DNA of 41,193 nucleotides from assembly GCA_032718475.1 (NCBI GenBank), contig JAUCBJ010006209.1, forward strand, positions 1 to 41,193. The letters run 5' to 3'. Made by a program: the position numbers and the translations under genes. Below are positions 12,351 through 25,869 of this stretch, piece after piece. The notes under the pieces were generated by a model that was not told the DNA's origin, made no database searches, and saw only the letters and a program-made list of their open reading frames with translations. This stretch comes from Nemertoderma westbladi (lineage: Eukaryota; Animalia; Xenacoelomorpha). Numbering within the stretch: position 1 is the first letter of the stretch; the number at the start of each line of letters is the position of its first letter.

Positions 12351-12790
12351 GAACGTGTACAACATTCCTAGAGATAGGCCTATAATTTTATAATTTACAA
12401 CAATCGATATTATTATGATTATATTCATATTATATTATTATTACATGCAGTTTTTAATGCGTTGATTACAGTTAGTTACTGTACAACACAAAGAACATTT
12501 TAAATACAGAATAGGGCCTATCGTTTTTGTATTACAACCCGAATACGTGAATTAATTAGGAAAGAAGCGACCTCTAGGGAATACTATAGATGTACTGCAA
12601 TATAAATGGTATATGGGGAGGGGGAATTCAACATCTTCAGTTTGTTAACTTAATTATTAAATATTTATCAAAAATTAGGCCTAAGTATTTTGTAATTATA
12701 CCGAACCCATCATGTTCAAATGAATCGTTGAATTCAATAAAGTAGTTATTCAAATGAAGTGCTTTATGTCATATTATAGTATGCAGAAGT

Positions 12791-12921
12791 TCTGGTAATA
12801 ATTATAACTTTAAATAACTTTAGAGTTGACTGGCTCTGGTAATAATTATAACTTTAAATAACTTAGAGTTGACTGGCTCTGGTAATAATTATAACTTTAA
12901 ATAACTTAGAGTTGACTGGCT
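12791..12921. repeat. 44-45-bp tandem repeat x3
   Basis: tctggtaataattataactttaaataact(t)tagagttgactggc three times in tandem. Confidence 0.9.
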
Positions 12922-14908
12922 TGTCGTCGTTAAGATCGCTTATTAGCAAAAGCAAAATATTTCACACAATCAAAATCGGCAATACATTTCACTTATGAAA
13001 ATGGTTGTCGTGGGTGTGTTGGTTGCTTTGCTAACTGAATTCTTTATAACAATTACTGTATTACTTTTACTATAGGCCTATGGTTTGACCTAATTTAAAA
13101 CGAGAATTCAAGGCAGTATATTGCATTATCGAAAGCAGACAGAGGATGTATTGGGTATTAATTGTTGTTACTACTGGTCACTTAGGAGAAAATACAAAGA
13201 CACCATAAAAATAAAGAAATATTCCAACAGCGAGAAAAATCTCTACGATCTTATAATGAACTCTGAGGTGAAACCGTGGTTATTAAACAAGGAGTAAACG
13301 CCAAGTTGCTTCTATTAGTGCCCATTCCTTGACTTCACGGCCCTTTTAGGGTGTAAAGAGAATCTGTGTAGAACTCCAAATCTTCACAAGTGCTTCGACT
13401 GATGAAAAAGAAGTAAATGAATGATGCAACTGCAATATCACGCATTTGTACGCATTATTAACACCGCCGTGGGGCCTTCGCGCAGCACGAGGCTCAGGTA
13501 TGAGATACAAATTAAAATTGAGCAATTCTGTCACAAAATCGGTATTTAAGAAATTTAACCAAACCGTCAATAAATCAAAGAAGAGAGGAAAGTACCACCC
13601 CATCCCAAAGGCGCTCAGAGGATTGATGAAAGGCAGTTGTTAACAGGCAATTGGTGTTTTAAAAATATTAAATATATTTTAGGCGTGGAGGCGACCCAAT
13701 TTGTAAGAAAAATTAAAACTTACCTTATGCCGATAGTATTCATATTGAAATACTAATTTACCATTTTACCACGTCAACACCTGACGAAATTATTTAGCTA
13801 ATTATTCCACGAGTCAGTCAATCATTTAGCGAGATAAACAATAAGCAAGCTGGCTTTTTAGTCTGGTTCATTACATTGCTGCTTTCGAATAGTAATGGTG
13901 AGATGGGACTTGTTCCCAGCTAGGCTAGGCAATAGCAAGCAGGCTAGGAATGGGGGAGCCGGAAGTATAGAGTGACGGGGCAACTTAATTACGTTTAGAT
14001 CAATTAAAAACAGATTTCTTAAAGCAAATCACTTGAACTAATTAAAAACTATAATGGAATGGGGTATGGGGATTACACCTGTATAACTTATAAGTATAAT
14101 TATTTAAACTATACTAAACACTTAAACTATACTAAACTATACTTATACTATAAAATAATTAATCTCCATTAAGAGGCAGGTTGAAATTGCTTTTTTTAAC
14201 GTAATCAACTTAATTAACAAATTAACTGCTATTATCTTAACTTCTCGAAGACCCCACGCAAATTCAATTTGGAGAATTTCTAAACTTTTGCCAGACTACA
14301 TGTGTACTAAGTTTGGTTAGATTTTATCAAGGATTGGCCGGGTTATTAACGTTGAAAATTGGACATAACAGAACGACAAAAAGAAAAGTAAAGCTTTCGG
14401 AATTATCCTCCCAAACATTCAACTTGTTTCAACAGCAACTGCTCTAAAAATATTCCGAATTAAAATATATCTTATTGTCATTTGCACTTCCCGTTATTAG
14501 CAAAATTCCTTACAGTTAAAAATTTAAAAGATAAAATTAAATGACTTTTTTATCCACAAATCGGCCTCCTCAACCATGGCACTTCACCTAGTGCAAGAAA
14601 AAATATAACATCGGACATCGTCGAAAAATCACCAGGAATTTTCACCCAACAAGTTCTAGACCAATATTGGGAATACAGACTAAAACAAGAATCAACGCAG
14701 GGTTTCTCTCGTCAGCATGGAAGAGACCGAACCAGTGAAACCGTCATTCTACAACTCAGAGCAACAGTTAATGGGTTTCGGCCCATGTGAAGAATACCAG
14801 ATTTTCACCAAAAACCCGGGTTACAGAAGGGCTGAATCTAACCAAAACAATAAACGAATTAGTATATCCCTATCTGGCCCGGGCTATTTTACAACGTAAT
14901 AGGCCTAA

Positions 14909-16020
14909 AGGGGGAGGGGGGGGGGGGGGGGTCATTTTAGAAATTTTTTAGATCTTGGCTCAAAAATTAAAATTTTGATGGTATAAGGATTTTCAAGGTC
15001 GTTAATCACGATAAAACTTGTTAAAAATATTTTCTGGAAATTCAACAGTCATTTTTGGTTCTATTTTGGTCCCCCAGGATGAAAAGTAGAAGTAAAAATG
15101 TCAAACTAAAAGTATACGGGTTTTCAAGGTCGCTGATCACGATGTAACTAGTTATTAAAAATATTTCGGGTAATGCAAACCCAATTTTTGGTGCCATTCT
15201 GGTGCCCCAGCATGAAAATTACAAGTACCAGTAGCACAAAATTATAAACTGTTAAATTTTGCCACTGGTTTGGTAATTCTGAAGCTATACAGGTGTTCAA
15301 GGTCGCTGATCACGACACAACTCGTTAAAAATCATTCGTGTTAACGCAAATATTATTTTTAGTGCTTGTCAGGTGGAACGAAAAATACAAGAAGCAATAA
15401 ATTTCAAACGGCAAAAATCTAATTTGGTTGGATAATACGATATTTTTGAGTGTCATATTCGTAATCAGCGTCCGAGAAAACCCATAATGTCTAAAAACTA
15501 GGTTGATTTGGATTATTTTTGATTATCAAATTTGTGCTACTTGTATTTTTCGTGCCGCACATTGACACACATCCAAAAATCGCCTAATCAGCAATGAAAG
15601 ATAAATCATCATTTTTGTGATCAGCATCCCAAAAAACCGATAGTGACATAAAATCAATTTGCTTTTGAAGTGTATTTCCATTATCATATTTGCACTACTT
15701 GTTTTTTTCGTGCACCAGAGGGCTAATGCAAAATTACCAAAAAAATTTTCGAATGTTATATTTGAGTTCTATAATCTAATAAATAATAATCAAATGAAAA
15801 TGCAAATAAATTAATTTTAGTGAGCCATAAAAACGTAAATACTGCAGAAATGGACCACAGCACGAAAACTAACCAAGCCATGTAAATGGCGTTTGTTCTA
15901 TTATTAGATGGCCCATTCAATTTTAGGTAAAGTCACGAAATCTCGGTTTTCCCAACAAACCTGACTCAAAGATACGGATGAATTTCAAAGAAATTTCTAA
16001 AATGAACCCCCCCCCCCCCT
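14909..16020. mobile_element. Non-autonomous TIR element with poly-G/poly-C ends
   Basis: A(G)n-TCATTTTAGAAATTT at the left, AAATTTCTAAAATGAA-(C)nT at the right; internal TCAAGGTCG(C/T)T(G/A)ATCACGA repeated three times (~14993, 15124, 15297). Confidence 0.7.
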
Positions 16021-16736
16021 TATCTTTGTGTTCCTTTACCTTATATTATTATTACTAGAACTAAATTTACTAAATAAATTTGCCTCGATCGAGGAATATC
16101 TTTGTTTGATGAACGTTATTTTCCCGATCTGTTTGAAAAGCTTCCTAGTGTTTAATTAAGGAAAAGTTTGTTAACATCACAATATTCACATAAAAAATGG
16201 GAAAAGACAAAAACAAAATACATATTTCACTAAATATATAACAATTAATAAGATTTCCGATAATAAATTACCAATTAAATTCAATATTATTATGACATTA
16301 CTATTAGCAACATCTGTAAATATTATTAGTAACCCAAATAAATACCAATAAGCACATTGTTAAATTAAATAAACAAGGGGAACTGCCGTATAACATAATA
16401 TAGGAGCTTTTGTGACAGAAATGGAAAAAATGTGGGAGTACATAGAGACAACCCGATTGCTTAGCAACAGTTAACTATAATAAACAACAGTCAGTGTTGC
16501 CTGGCAACCACGTAAACAATTTATAACCGCATAACGAATATACTGAGTGTTGAGACAGATAACTCTTCAATAATTAACAATTTCTTTACTCAACAGCTTC
16601 GATTGTCAAACTTATTTACCTTTTAACAAAATATTATTAGAAAGATAATAATAATATGGCACAAAGGAGCACATTCTAGTTTAGCAGACTATTAAAGACT
16701 TGACTACCTAATTGCACGAACTCATTATAAATAGGA

Positions 16737-17213
<477 letters not shown>

Positions 17214-18017
17214 CTAAGCAGGAATCACTTATTTCTAGTGCTTACTAGGGATGCGACAGAGCTGAAATTTCATCCGGAGCCGGAGCCCGGAGGTTCCTCC
17301 GGATTACAATATGAGCTCCGGCCGGAGCCAGAGGTTTGGTGATTGATAATTACTTTGATTGATTGATAATTGAGCAGTTTACAGTCGCATGCTAATTCTA
17401 ATCAAAAATATAAACTAACTATATTCAATATAACAGGTTACAGTTTTTTTTTGGTAGTAATCAGCAGTTGTTATTTGCGTCGATTTTCCCCTGGAGGGGG
17501 AAGGGATGAATTTATATTGCGTCCAAAGACTCCCTGCTGTAAAATGGTACATCAACCAATGGGTATCTGTGACGAAGCCAAAAAACTATATTGGGGGGTG
17601 TGGGGGGGAAACAACGCAGGGCATTATTATGACCATCGCTAATTACGTCTATAATTTATGCCAGGTAATGCGTCATAGGCCCGATGGTTGTTAGGTCCTG
17701 TGACATAATGTCCTGCGACAATAGATCCTTACACTGAAAAAAGTAAGTGCCGGTCGATTTTTTAACCATTGGTTATGGATAGGTACTTGCGGTAGTGATT
17801 GGTAAACTGGGAGTTAGTATGGATCATACAAAAATGGCTGGTAGTAACCTCCGGTTACGATATTAAACCGGCGGTTTAAGATATATTTGTTATATTACCT
17901 GAAGTGAAACCTGTAGTCATTGCGGAATTTTGCATAGAAAGTGACGGTTGTATTAACAAGGTGGTTATTAAATTTTCAAACTGGCGGTTCTTATTGATGA
18001 AAATATATAATTTGATG

Positions 18018-19992
18018 GTTCTTGTTAATAAACACGTATGTAGTTTTCAAACCGGCGGTTTTTATGAAATGTAAAAATGGTGGTCTTATATTCAAACTGT
18101 CGGTTCTTGTTAATAAACACGTGCGTAGTTTTCAAACCGGCGGTTTTTATGAAATGTAAAAATGGTGGTCTTATATTCAAACTGTCGGTTCTTGTTAATA
18201 AACACGTACGTAGTTTTCAAACCGGCGGTTTTTATGAAATGTAAAAATGGTGGTCTTATATTCAAACTGTCCGTTCTTGTTAATAAACACGTATGTAGTT
18301 TTCAAACCGGCGGTTTTTATGATATGTAAAAACGGTGGTCTTATATTCAAACTGTCGGTTCTTGTTAATAAACACGTATGTAGTTTTCAAACCGGCGGTT
18401 TTTATGATATGTAAAACGGTGGTCTTATATTCAAACTGTCGGTTCTTGTTAATAAACACGTATGTAGTTTTCAAACCGGCGGTTTTTATGAAATGTAAAA
18501 ATGGTGGTCTTATATTCAAACTGTCGGTTCTTGTTAATAAACACGTATGTAGTTTTCAAACCGGCGGTTTTTATGATATGTAAAAACGGTGGTCTTATAT
18601 TCAAACTGTCGGTTCTTGTTAATAAACACGTATGTAGTTTTCAAACCGGCGGTTTTTATGATATGTAAAAACGGTGGTCTTATATTCAAACTGTCGGTTC
18701 TTGTTAATAAACACGTACGTAGTTTTCAAACCGGCGGTTTTTATGAAATGTAAAAATGGTGGTCTTATATTCAAACTGTCGGTTCTTGTTAATAAACACG
18801 TATGTAGTTTTCAAACCGGCGGTTTTTATGATATGTAAAAACGGTGGTCTTATATTCAAACTGTCGGTTCTTGTTAATAAACACGTATGTAGTTTTCAAA
18901 CCGGCGGTTTTTATGAAATGTAAAAATGGTGGTCTTATATTCAAACTGTCGGTTCTTGTTAATAAACACGTATGTAGTTTTCAAACCGGCGGTTTTTATG
19001 ATATGTAAAAACGGTGGTCTTATATTCAAACTGTCGGTTCTTGTTAATAAACACGTATGTAGTTTTCAAACCGGCGGTTTTTATGATATGTAAAAACGGT
19101 GGTCTTATATTCAAACTGTCGGTTCTTGTTAATAAACACGTATGTAGTTTTCAAACCGGCGGTTTTTATGAAATGTAAAAATGGTGGTCTTATATTCAAA
19201 CTGTCGGTTCTTGTTAATAAACACGTATGTAGTTTTCAAACCGGCGGTTTTTATGATATGTAAAAACGGTGGTCTTATATTCAAACTGTCGGTTCTTGTT
19301 AATAAACACGTATGTAGTTTTCAAACCGGCGGTTTTTATGAAATGTAAAAATGGTGGTCTTATATTCAAACTGTCGGTTCTTGTTAATAAACACGTGCGT
19401 AGTTTTCAAACCGGCGGTTTTTATGAAATGTAAAAAGGTGGTCTTATATTCAAACTGTCGGTTCTTGTTAATAAACACGTACGTAGTTTTCAAACCGGCG
19501 GTTTTTATGAAATGTAAAAATGGTGGTCTTATATTCAAACTGTCGGTTCTTGTTAATAAACACGTATGTAGTTTTCAAACCGGCGGTTTTTATGATATGT
19601 AAAAACGGTGGTCTTATATTCAAACTGTCGGTTCTTGTTAATAAACACGTATGTAGTTTTCAAACCGGCGGTTTTTATGAAATGTAAAAATGGTGGTCTT
19701 ATATTCAAACTGTCGGTTCTTGTTAATAAACACGTGCGTAGTTTTCAAACCGGCGGTTTTTATGAAATGTAAAAATGGTGGTCTTATATTCAAACTGTCG
19801 GTTCTTGTTAATAAACACGTACGTAGTTTTCAAACCGGCGGTTTTTATGAAATGTAAAAATGGTGGTCTTATATTCAAACTGTCGGTTCTTGTTAATAAA
19901 CACGTATGTAGTTTTCAAACCGGCGGTTTTTATGATATGTAAAAACGGTGGTCTTATATTCAAACTGTCGGTTCTTGTTAATAAACACGTAT
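18018..19992. repeat. 85-bp satellite, left block (~23 units)
   Basis: Unit taataaacacgtatgtagttttcaaaccggcggtttttatgaaatgtaaaaatggtggtcttatattcaaactgtcggttcttgt; near-identical copies. Confidence 0.97.
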
Positions 19993-22412
19993 GGGTCAAT
20001 AAGCTTAAAAGTGGCCAAAAAGGGGTACAAATTGACCGAAAAATTTTTGTCGGAAATTAGTGCCATACCATACACCATTCGAAAGTTAATTTCATGGCGA
20101 ATCTTGTGATGGTAGAGGGAGAGCATGACGCGCTGCTCAAAGGGATATATATGGCAAAAACTAATGTCATATCTGTAACGTTTTTGTCTACCACTGTAAC
20201 GCATTACAGTGATGACATTTATGGGACAAACGTCTGTAACGGCCATCTGTAACGGTAATTATGTTATATGGATTTTGCAGTATTTATAACTTATTGCTTC
20301 GACAATAAGGTAATTTATTGGACAAACATCTGTAACAAACAGAGATATCTGACCATAACCAACGCATCCACAAAATTATATATGTACTTAATACATATGA
20401 TTTCCAATAAATATAGAAAAAGTTTTTCATTAACATTTTTCTGTGTAACCGATAATCTTGTTTTACACGATTTTTTTTATCCCGTGTTAAATTTTCTCTA
20501 TCGCGCCGCTTTTTATGCTTGTTTAAAATACTCTGTATAACAACCGCGGTCCATTTTTTCTCTGTACTTATTTAACCGCTCCCTGGCGTTTCTCTGCAAC
20601 TGATTCAGAGACGCCCATTAACTCATCCAATAAACGGATCTGACTAAACTTATCACAATAATATAAGTAGTGCACAAGTCCGTCATGTAAGTAAGTAAGT
20701 GATGTTAAGCCAATGATTTAGAAATTGATAGTAAAATATAGGCCTTTTATACGCATTAGAGAATTTAATCATTAGAGTAAATTATAATCTTACATTACAT
20801 TGAAGTTACACAAGACTCACTGATAACAGTCAGTGGATTCTTTACTTTTGTTTATTTATTGCTTCATGTCAGATGAAATTAGACATACAAATTTATTGAA
20901 GTCTATCTATATACTGTACGTCTGCAGACCCTAATCATGAAAAACGAAAAACAAAACATTGGGCAAAGGACCGTCTGTACAATATATTGTATGTTAAAAA
21001 AAACACTGTTTGTAGGAAATGTATCTTCTACAATTCTAAACGAAATAAAGCGAAATTTTCCAGAAAGCACATTTTATTAATACATAAAATTTATAAGATG
21101 GAGATTGTATATATTTGCAATTAATTCCTAAATTATTTACCACGGACCCAGAAGCTCTGGATTCATACAATTTCATAGGTGAAGTGAATCTGCGCTTTAC
21201 TCCCCAGAATCCACAATCACCTCTTCCCGGATAGAGATAAACATGAATCCGTGTTTTAGTCCCCTTACGGGATCCAGTAACACTTGACAATGAAAATTAT
21301 CTTGAAAACGCATTTTGGACTCATTTCCGGATTTCATGAAAATCCGGATCCGCGTTTTAACCCCAAAATCCGGGTACCGATCCGGATCCTGCATCCGGTT
21401 CCGCGTTTTACACTTACCCATCTTACACTACCACATTACCATGAGCAGGATGTCAGTAGGAAGACGAATGACGTCTCAAACGCGTAAGCATTCAAATATT
21501 GTCAGTGATGCCTTATTGTATTTCAGGTTACAGATAGACTGTCATATAGATATGACTGAAAACCTATAGTCTTAACGCATCGATAACTGGTTATATAATG
21601 CGTTACAGATGAGACATGCCCTATCTGTAACGCACTGCACTGTAACGGTGACGCGTTACAGATGGTTGACAAAAACGCTTACCACCGCCATACATCATAG
21701 GTGTTTATTTATCACATTAACTCTTGGGGTTGATGCGGCATAAATTAAAATTGCCTTTCCACACGTACCATTATACTTGTATGAGATTAATATTATCAAA
21801 ATCTATGGCCACATTTGTAGCGTTACAGATATGGACGTTTATGCTTTCTATATTGACTTTGTTAAACATAAATGCTTCCCAAATGAGATGACCTTGTCCT
21901 TTGTATGTGATATTTGGCCTATATATGTTAGAAACCCTGTAGATTCTAAATATATCAAAACTGAAAACCTACAGTTACTACTTCAGATTCTAGACGTAAA
22001 TGTTACAGATGTGACACAAAAATTGAAAAATCCATGCCCATTTTATGTATCGATCTCAAATGGTTCAACATGAATATTATGGCCTGAAATATATCGGAAA
22101 AGAAAGCAAAACATCTAAGCTCCCCAACAATATATAGGTTTCCTATATATTTGCCACGTGGGGTGATACAATTTACAGTTGTTTGTGGTCTTGTCATGTA
22201 AGGGACAAGTGATTTTCACGATATTTCAGTCTTTGATGGGGCATTTCTTTTGACTGCCTTTACAGATTTTGATCATTTTTAGTGCGTAAGCTGCGCAAAT
22301 AAATTAGCTACAAAATAATATATAACTTTATTAAATACGAATAAATTAAAGCATTTAAAATTATATCGTAACTTCCGGACAAACCATTGGCCACTTTTAA
22401 GCTTATTGACCC
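19993..22412. mobile_element. 2.4-kb non-autonomous TIR element inserted in the 85-bp satellite (GGG termini, 4-bp TSD; Sola2-like, tentative)
   Basis: Perfect 26-bp TIR GGGTCAATAAGCTTAAAAGTGGCCAA. GTAT is duplicated at 19989-19992 and 22413-22416 relative to the intact satellite unit. ATCTGTAAC/GTTACAGAT motifs are repeated internally. Confidence 0.88.
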
Positions 22413-24863
22413 GTATGTAGTTTTCAAACCGGCGGTTTTTATGAAATGTAAAAATGGTGGTCTTATATTCAAACTGTCGGTTCTTGTTAATAAACACGTG
22501 CGTAGTTTTCAAACCGGCGGTTTTTATGAAATGTAAAAATGGTGGTCTTATATTCAAACTGTCGGTTCTTGTTAATAAACACGTATGTAGTTTTCAAACC
22601 GGCGGTTTTTATGAAATGTAAAAACGGTGGTCTTATATTCAAACTGTCGGTTCTTGTTAATAAACACGTATGTAGTTTTCAAACCGGCGGTTTTTATGAT
22701 ATGTAAAAACGGTGGTCTTATATTCAAACTGTCGGTTCTTGTTAATAAACACGTATGTAGTTTTCAAACCGGCGGTTTTTATGAAATGTAAAAATGGTGG
22801 TCTTATATTCAAACTGTCGGTTCTTGTTAATAAACACGTGCGTAGTTTTCAAACCGGCGGTTTTTTGAAATGTAAAAATGGTGGTCTTATATTCAAACTG
22901 TCGGTTCTTGTTAATAAACACGTATGTAGTTTTCAAACCGGCGGTTTTTATGAAATGTAAAAATGGTGGTCTTATATTCAAACTGTCGGTTCTTGTTAAT
23001 AAACACGTATGTAGTTTTCAAACCGGCGGTTTTTTGAAATGTAAAAATGGTGGTCTTATATTCAAACTGTCGGTTCTTGTTAATAAACACGTATGTAGTT
23101 TTCAAACCGGCGGTTTTTTGAAATGTAAAAATGGTGGTCTTATATTCAAACTGTCGGTTCTTGTTAATAAACACGTGCGTAGTTTTCAAACCGGCGGTTT
23201 TTATGAAATGTAAAAATGGTGGTCTTATATTCAAACTGTCGGTTCTTGTTAATAAACACGTATGTAGTTTTCAAACCGGCGGTTTTTTGAAATGTAAAAA
23301 TGGTGGTCTTATATTCAAACTGTCGGTTCTTGTTAATAAACACGTGCGTAGTTTTCAAACCGGCGGTTTTTATGAAATGTAAAAATGGTGGTCTTATATT
23401 CAAACTGTCGGTTCTTGTTAATAAACACGTATGTAGTTTTCAAACCGGCGGTTTTTATGAAATGTAAAAATGGTGGTCTTATATTCAAACTGTCGGTTCT
23501 TGTTAATAAACACGTAAACCGGCGGTTTTTATGAAATGTAAAAATGGTGGTCTTATATTCAAACTGTCGGTTCTTGTTAATAAACACGTATGTAGTTTTC
23601 AAACCGGCGGTTTTTATGAAATGTAAAAATGGTGGTCTTATATTCAAACTGTCGGTTCTTGTTAATAAACACGTAAACCGGCGGTTTTTATGAAATGTAA
23701 AAATGGTGGTCTTATATTCAAACTGTCGGTTCTTGTTAATAAACACGTAAACCGGCGGTTTTTATGAAATGTAAAAATGGTGGTCTTATATTCAAACTGT
23801 CGGTTCTTGTTAATAAACACGTGCGTAGTTTTCAAACCGGCGTTTTTTATGAAATGTAAAAATGGTGGTCTTATATTCAAACTGTCGGTTCTTGTTAATA
23901 AACACGTGCGTAGTTTTCAAACCGGCGGTTTTTATGAAATGTAAAAATGGTGGTCTTATATTCAAACTGTCGGTTCTTGTTAATAAACACGTGCGTAGTT
24001 TTCAAACCGGCGGTTTTTATGAAATTTAAAAATGGTGGTCTTATATTCAAACTGTCGGTTCTTGTTAATAAACACGTACGTAGTTTTCAAACCGGCGGTT
24101 TTTATGAAATGTAAAAATGGTGGTCTTATATTCAAACTGTCGGTTCTTGTTAATAAACACGTATGTAGTTTTCAAACCGGCGGTTTTTATGAAATGTAAA
24201 AATGGTGGTCTTATATTCAAACTGTCGGTTCTTGTTAATAAACACGTGCGTAGTTTTCAAACCGGCGGTTTTTATGAAATTTAAAAATGGTGGTCTTATA
24301 TTCAAACTGTCGGTTCTTGTTAATAAACACGTACGTAGTTTTCAAACCGGCGGTTTTTATGAAATGTAAAAATGGTGGTCTTATATTCAAACTGTCGGTT
24401 CTTGTTAATAAACACGTATGTAGTTTTCAAACCGGCGGTTTTTATGAAATGTAAAAATGGTGGTCTTATATTCAAACTGTCGGTTCTTGTTAATAAACAC
24501 GTATGTAGTTTTCAAACCGGCGGTTTTTATGAAATGTAAAAATGGTGGTCTTATATTCAAACTGTCGGTTCTTGTTAATAAACACGTGCGTAGTTTTCAA
24601 ACCGGCGGTTTTTATGAAATTTAAAAATGGTGGTCTTATATTCAAACTGTCGGTTCTTGTTAATAAACACGTATGTAGTTTTCAAACCGGCGGTTTTTAT
24701 GAAATGTAAAAATGGTGGTCTTATATTCAAACTGTCGGTTCTTGTTAATAAACACGTATGTAGTTTTCAAACCGGCGGTTTTTATGAAATGTAAAAATGG
24801 TGGTCTTATATTCAAACTGTCGGTTCTTGTTAATAAACACGTGCGTAGTTTTCAAACCGGCGG
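22413..24863. repeat. 85-bp satellite, right block (~29 units including 84-bp and 72-bp variants)
   Basis: Same unit, resuming in register after the insertion; 13-bp deletion variants (cacgt|aaaccggc) at ~23515, 23673, 23748. Confidence 0.97.
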
Positions 24864-25279
24864 TACTGCCAGTTTATCACAGAACCACGGATTTACAATA
24901 ATGACTGCCAGTTTATCACAGAACCACAGATTTACAATAATGACTGCCAGTTTATCATAAAACCACAGATTTACAATAATGACTGCCAGTTTATCACAGA
25001 ACCACAGATTTACAATAATGACTGCCAGTATATCACAGAACCACAGATATAGAACCGCAGATTTACAATAATGACTGCCAGTTTATCACAGAACCACAGA
25101 TTTACAATAATGACTGCCAGTTTATCACAGAACCACAGATTTACAATAATGACTGCCAGTTTATCATAAAACCACAGATTTACAATAATGACTGCCAGTT
25201 TATCACAGAACCACAGATTTACAATAATGACTGCCAGTTTATCACAGAAACACAGATTTACAATAATAACTGCCAGTTT
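24864..25279. repeat. 39-bp satellite, first block (~10 units)
   Basis: Unit actgccagtttatcacagaaccacagatttacaataatg, fused directly to the 85-bp array. Confidence 0.95.
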
Positions 25280-25869
25280 GTATATGTAAATATAAAAAGT
25301 AAATATATATAATCAAAACATAATTTTCAATTATTAATTAAACTTGGTTAAAATTAATTAATTTATATAAATTAATTGAAATGAATTATCTAATATGGCT
25401 GAAAAGAAGACAAATGATATTAAAATTAATAATCAAAACACTGTTTTGTTGATCATCAACTAAAATTAATTAGGATATCCATAAATCTAAATGAATTAAA
25501 TATTTACCTATATACTTAGCCGTAGAGTATTGTATGCATTGGCCATAGGCCGTAAGCGTAGGGTAGGATGTAGGGATTAGATAAGGTAGGCTTTCACCCC
25601 CCTCCCCCCATATCTCCATGTTGTAACTTTGAGCTTCATGTGTGCCCTGAATGTCCTGTGCTCCTAACCAAACATTATTTTCAGATAACCACAGGTTTAT
25701 AAGTTTTTTTGCTCTTTATAACCACAGGTTAGTACGTTTTAACCTTGGGTTTTTTAAAGCCTCAGTTTATTAAAATTACCGCCAGTTTTCTCAAATAAAA
25801 CCGCCAGTTGACTGTTAATTAAACGGCGGTTTCGTAAAAACTGGTTTATTTGGTTGCCGTTTTTTTTAC
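25280..25869. repeat. ~590-bp segment, copy 1 (duplicated at 29390-29982)
   Basis: Essentially identical to 29390-29982; the only difference seen is a 3-bp indel (attaattaaac vs attaattaataaac). Confidence 0.92.

Noticed and set aside
13346-13643. Short overlapping ORFs in the intergenic region
   Set aside because: No recognisable motifs or splice structure; probably a decayed repeat.
18018-24863. CRISPR-like array or repeated small ORFs
   Set aside because: Units are identical head-to-tail with no unique spacers, no cas genes, and the context is eukaryotic. The short ORFs are translations of the 85-bp satellite.
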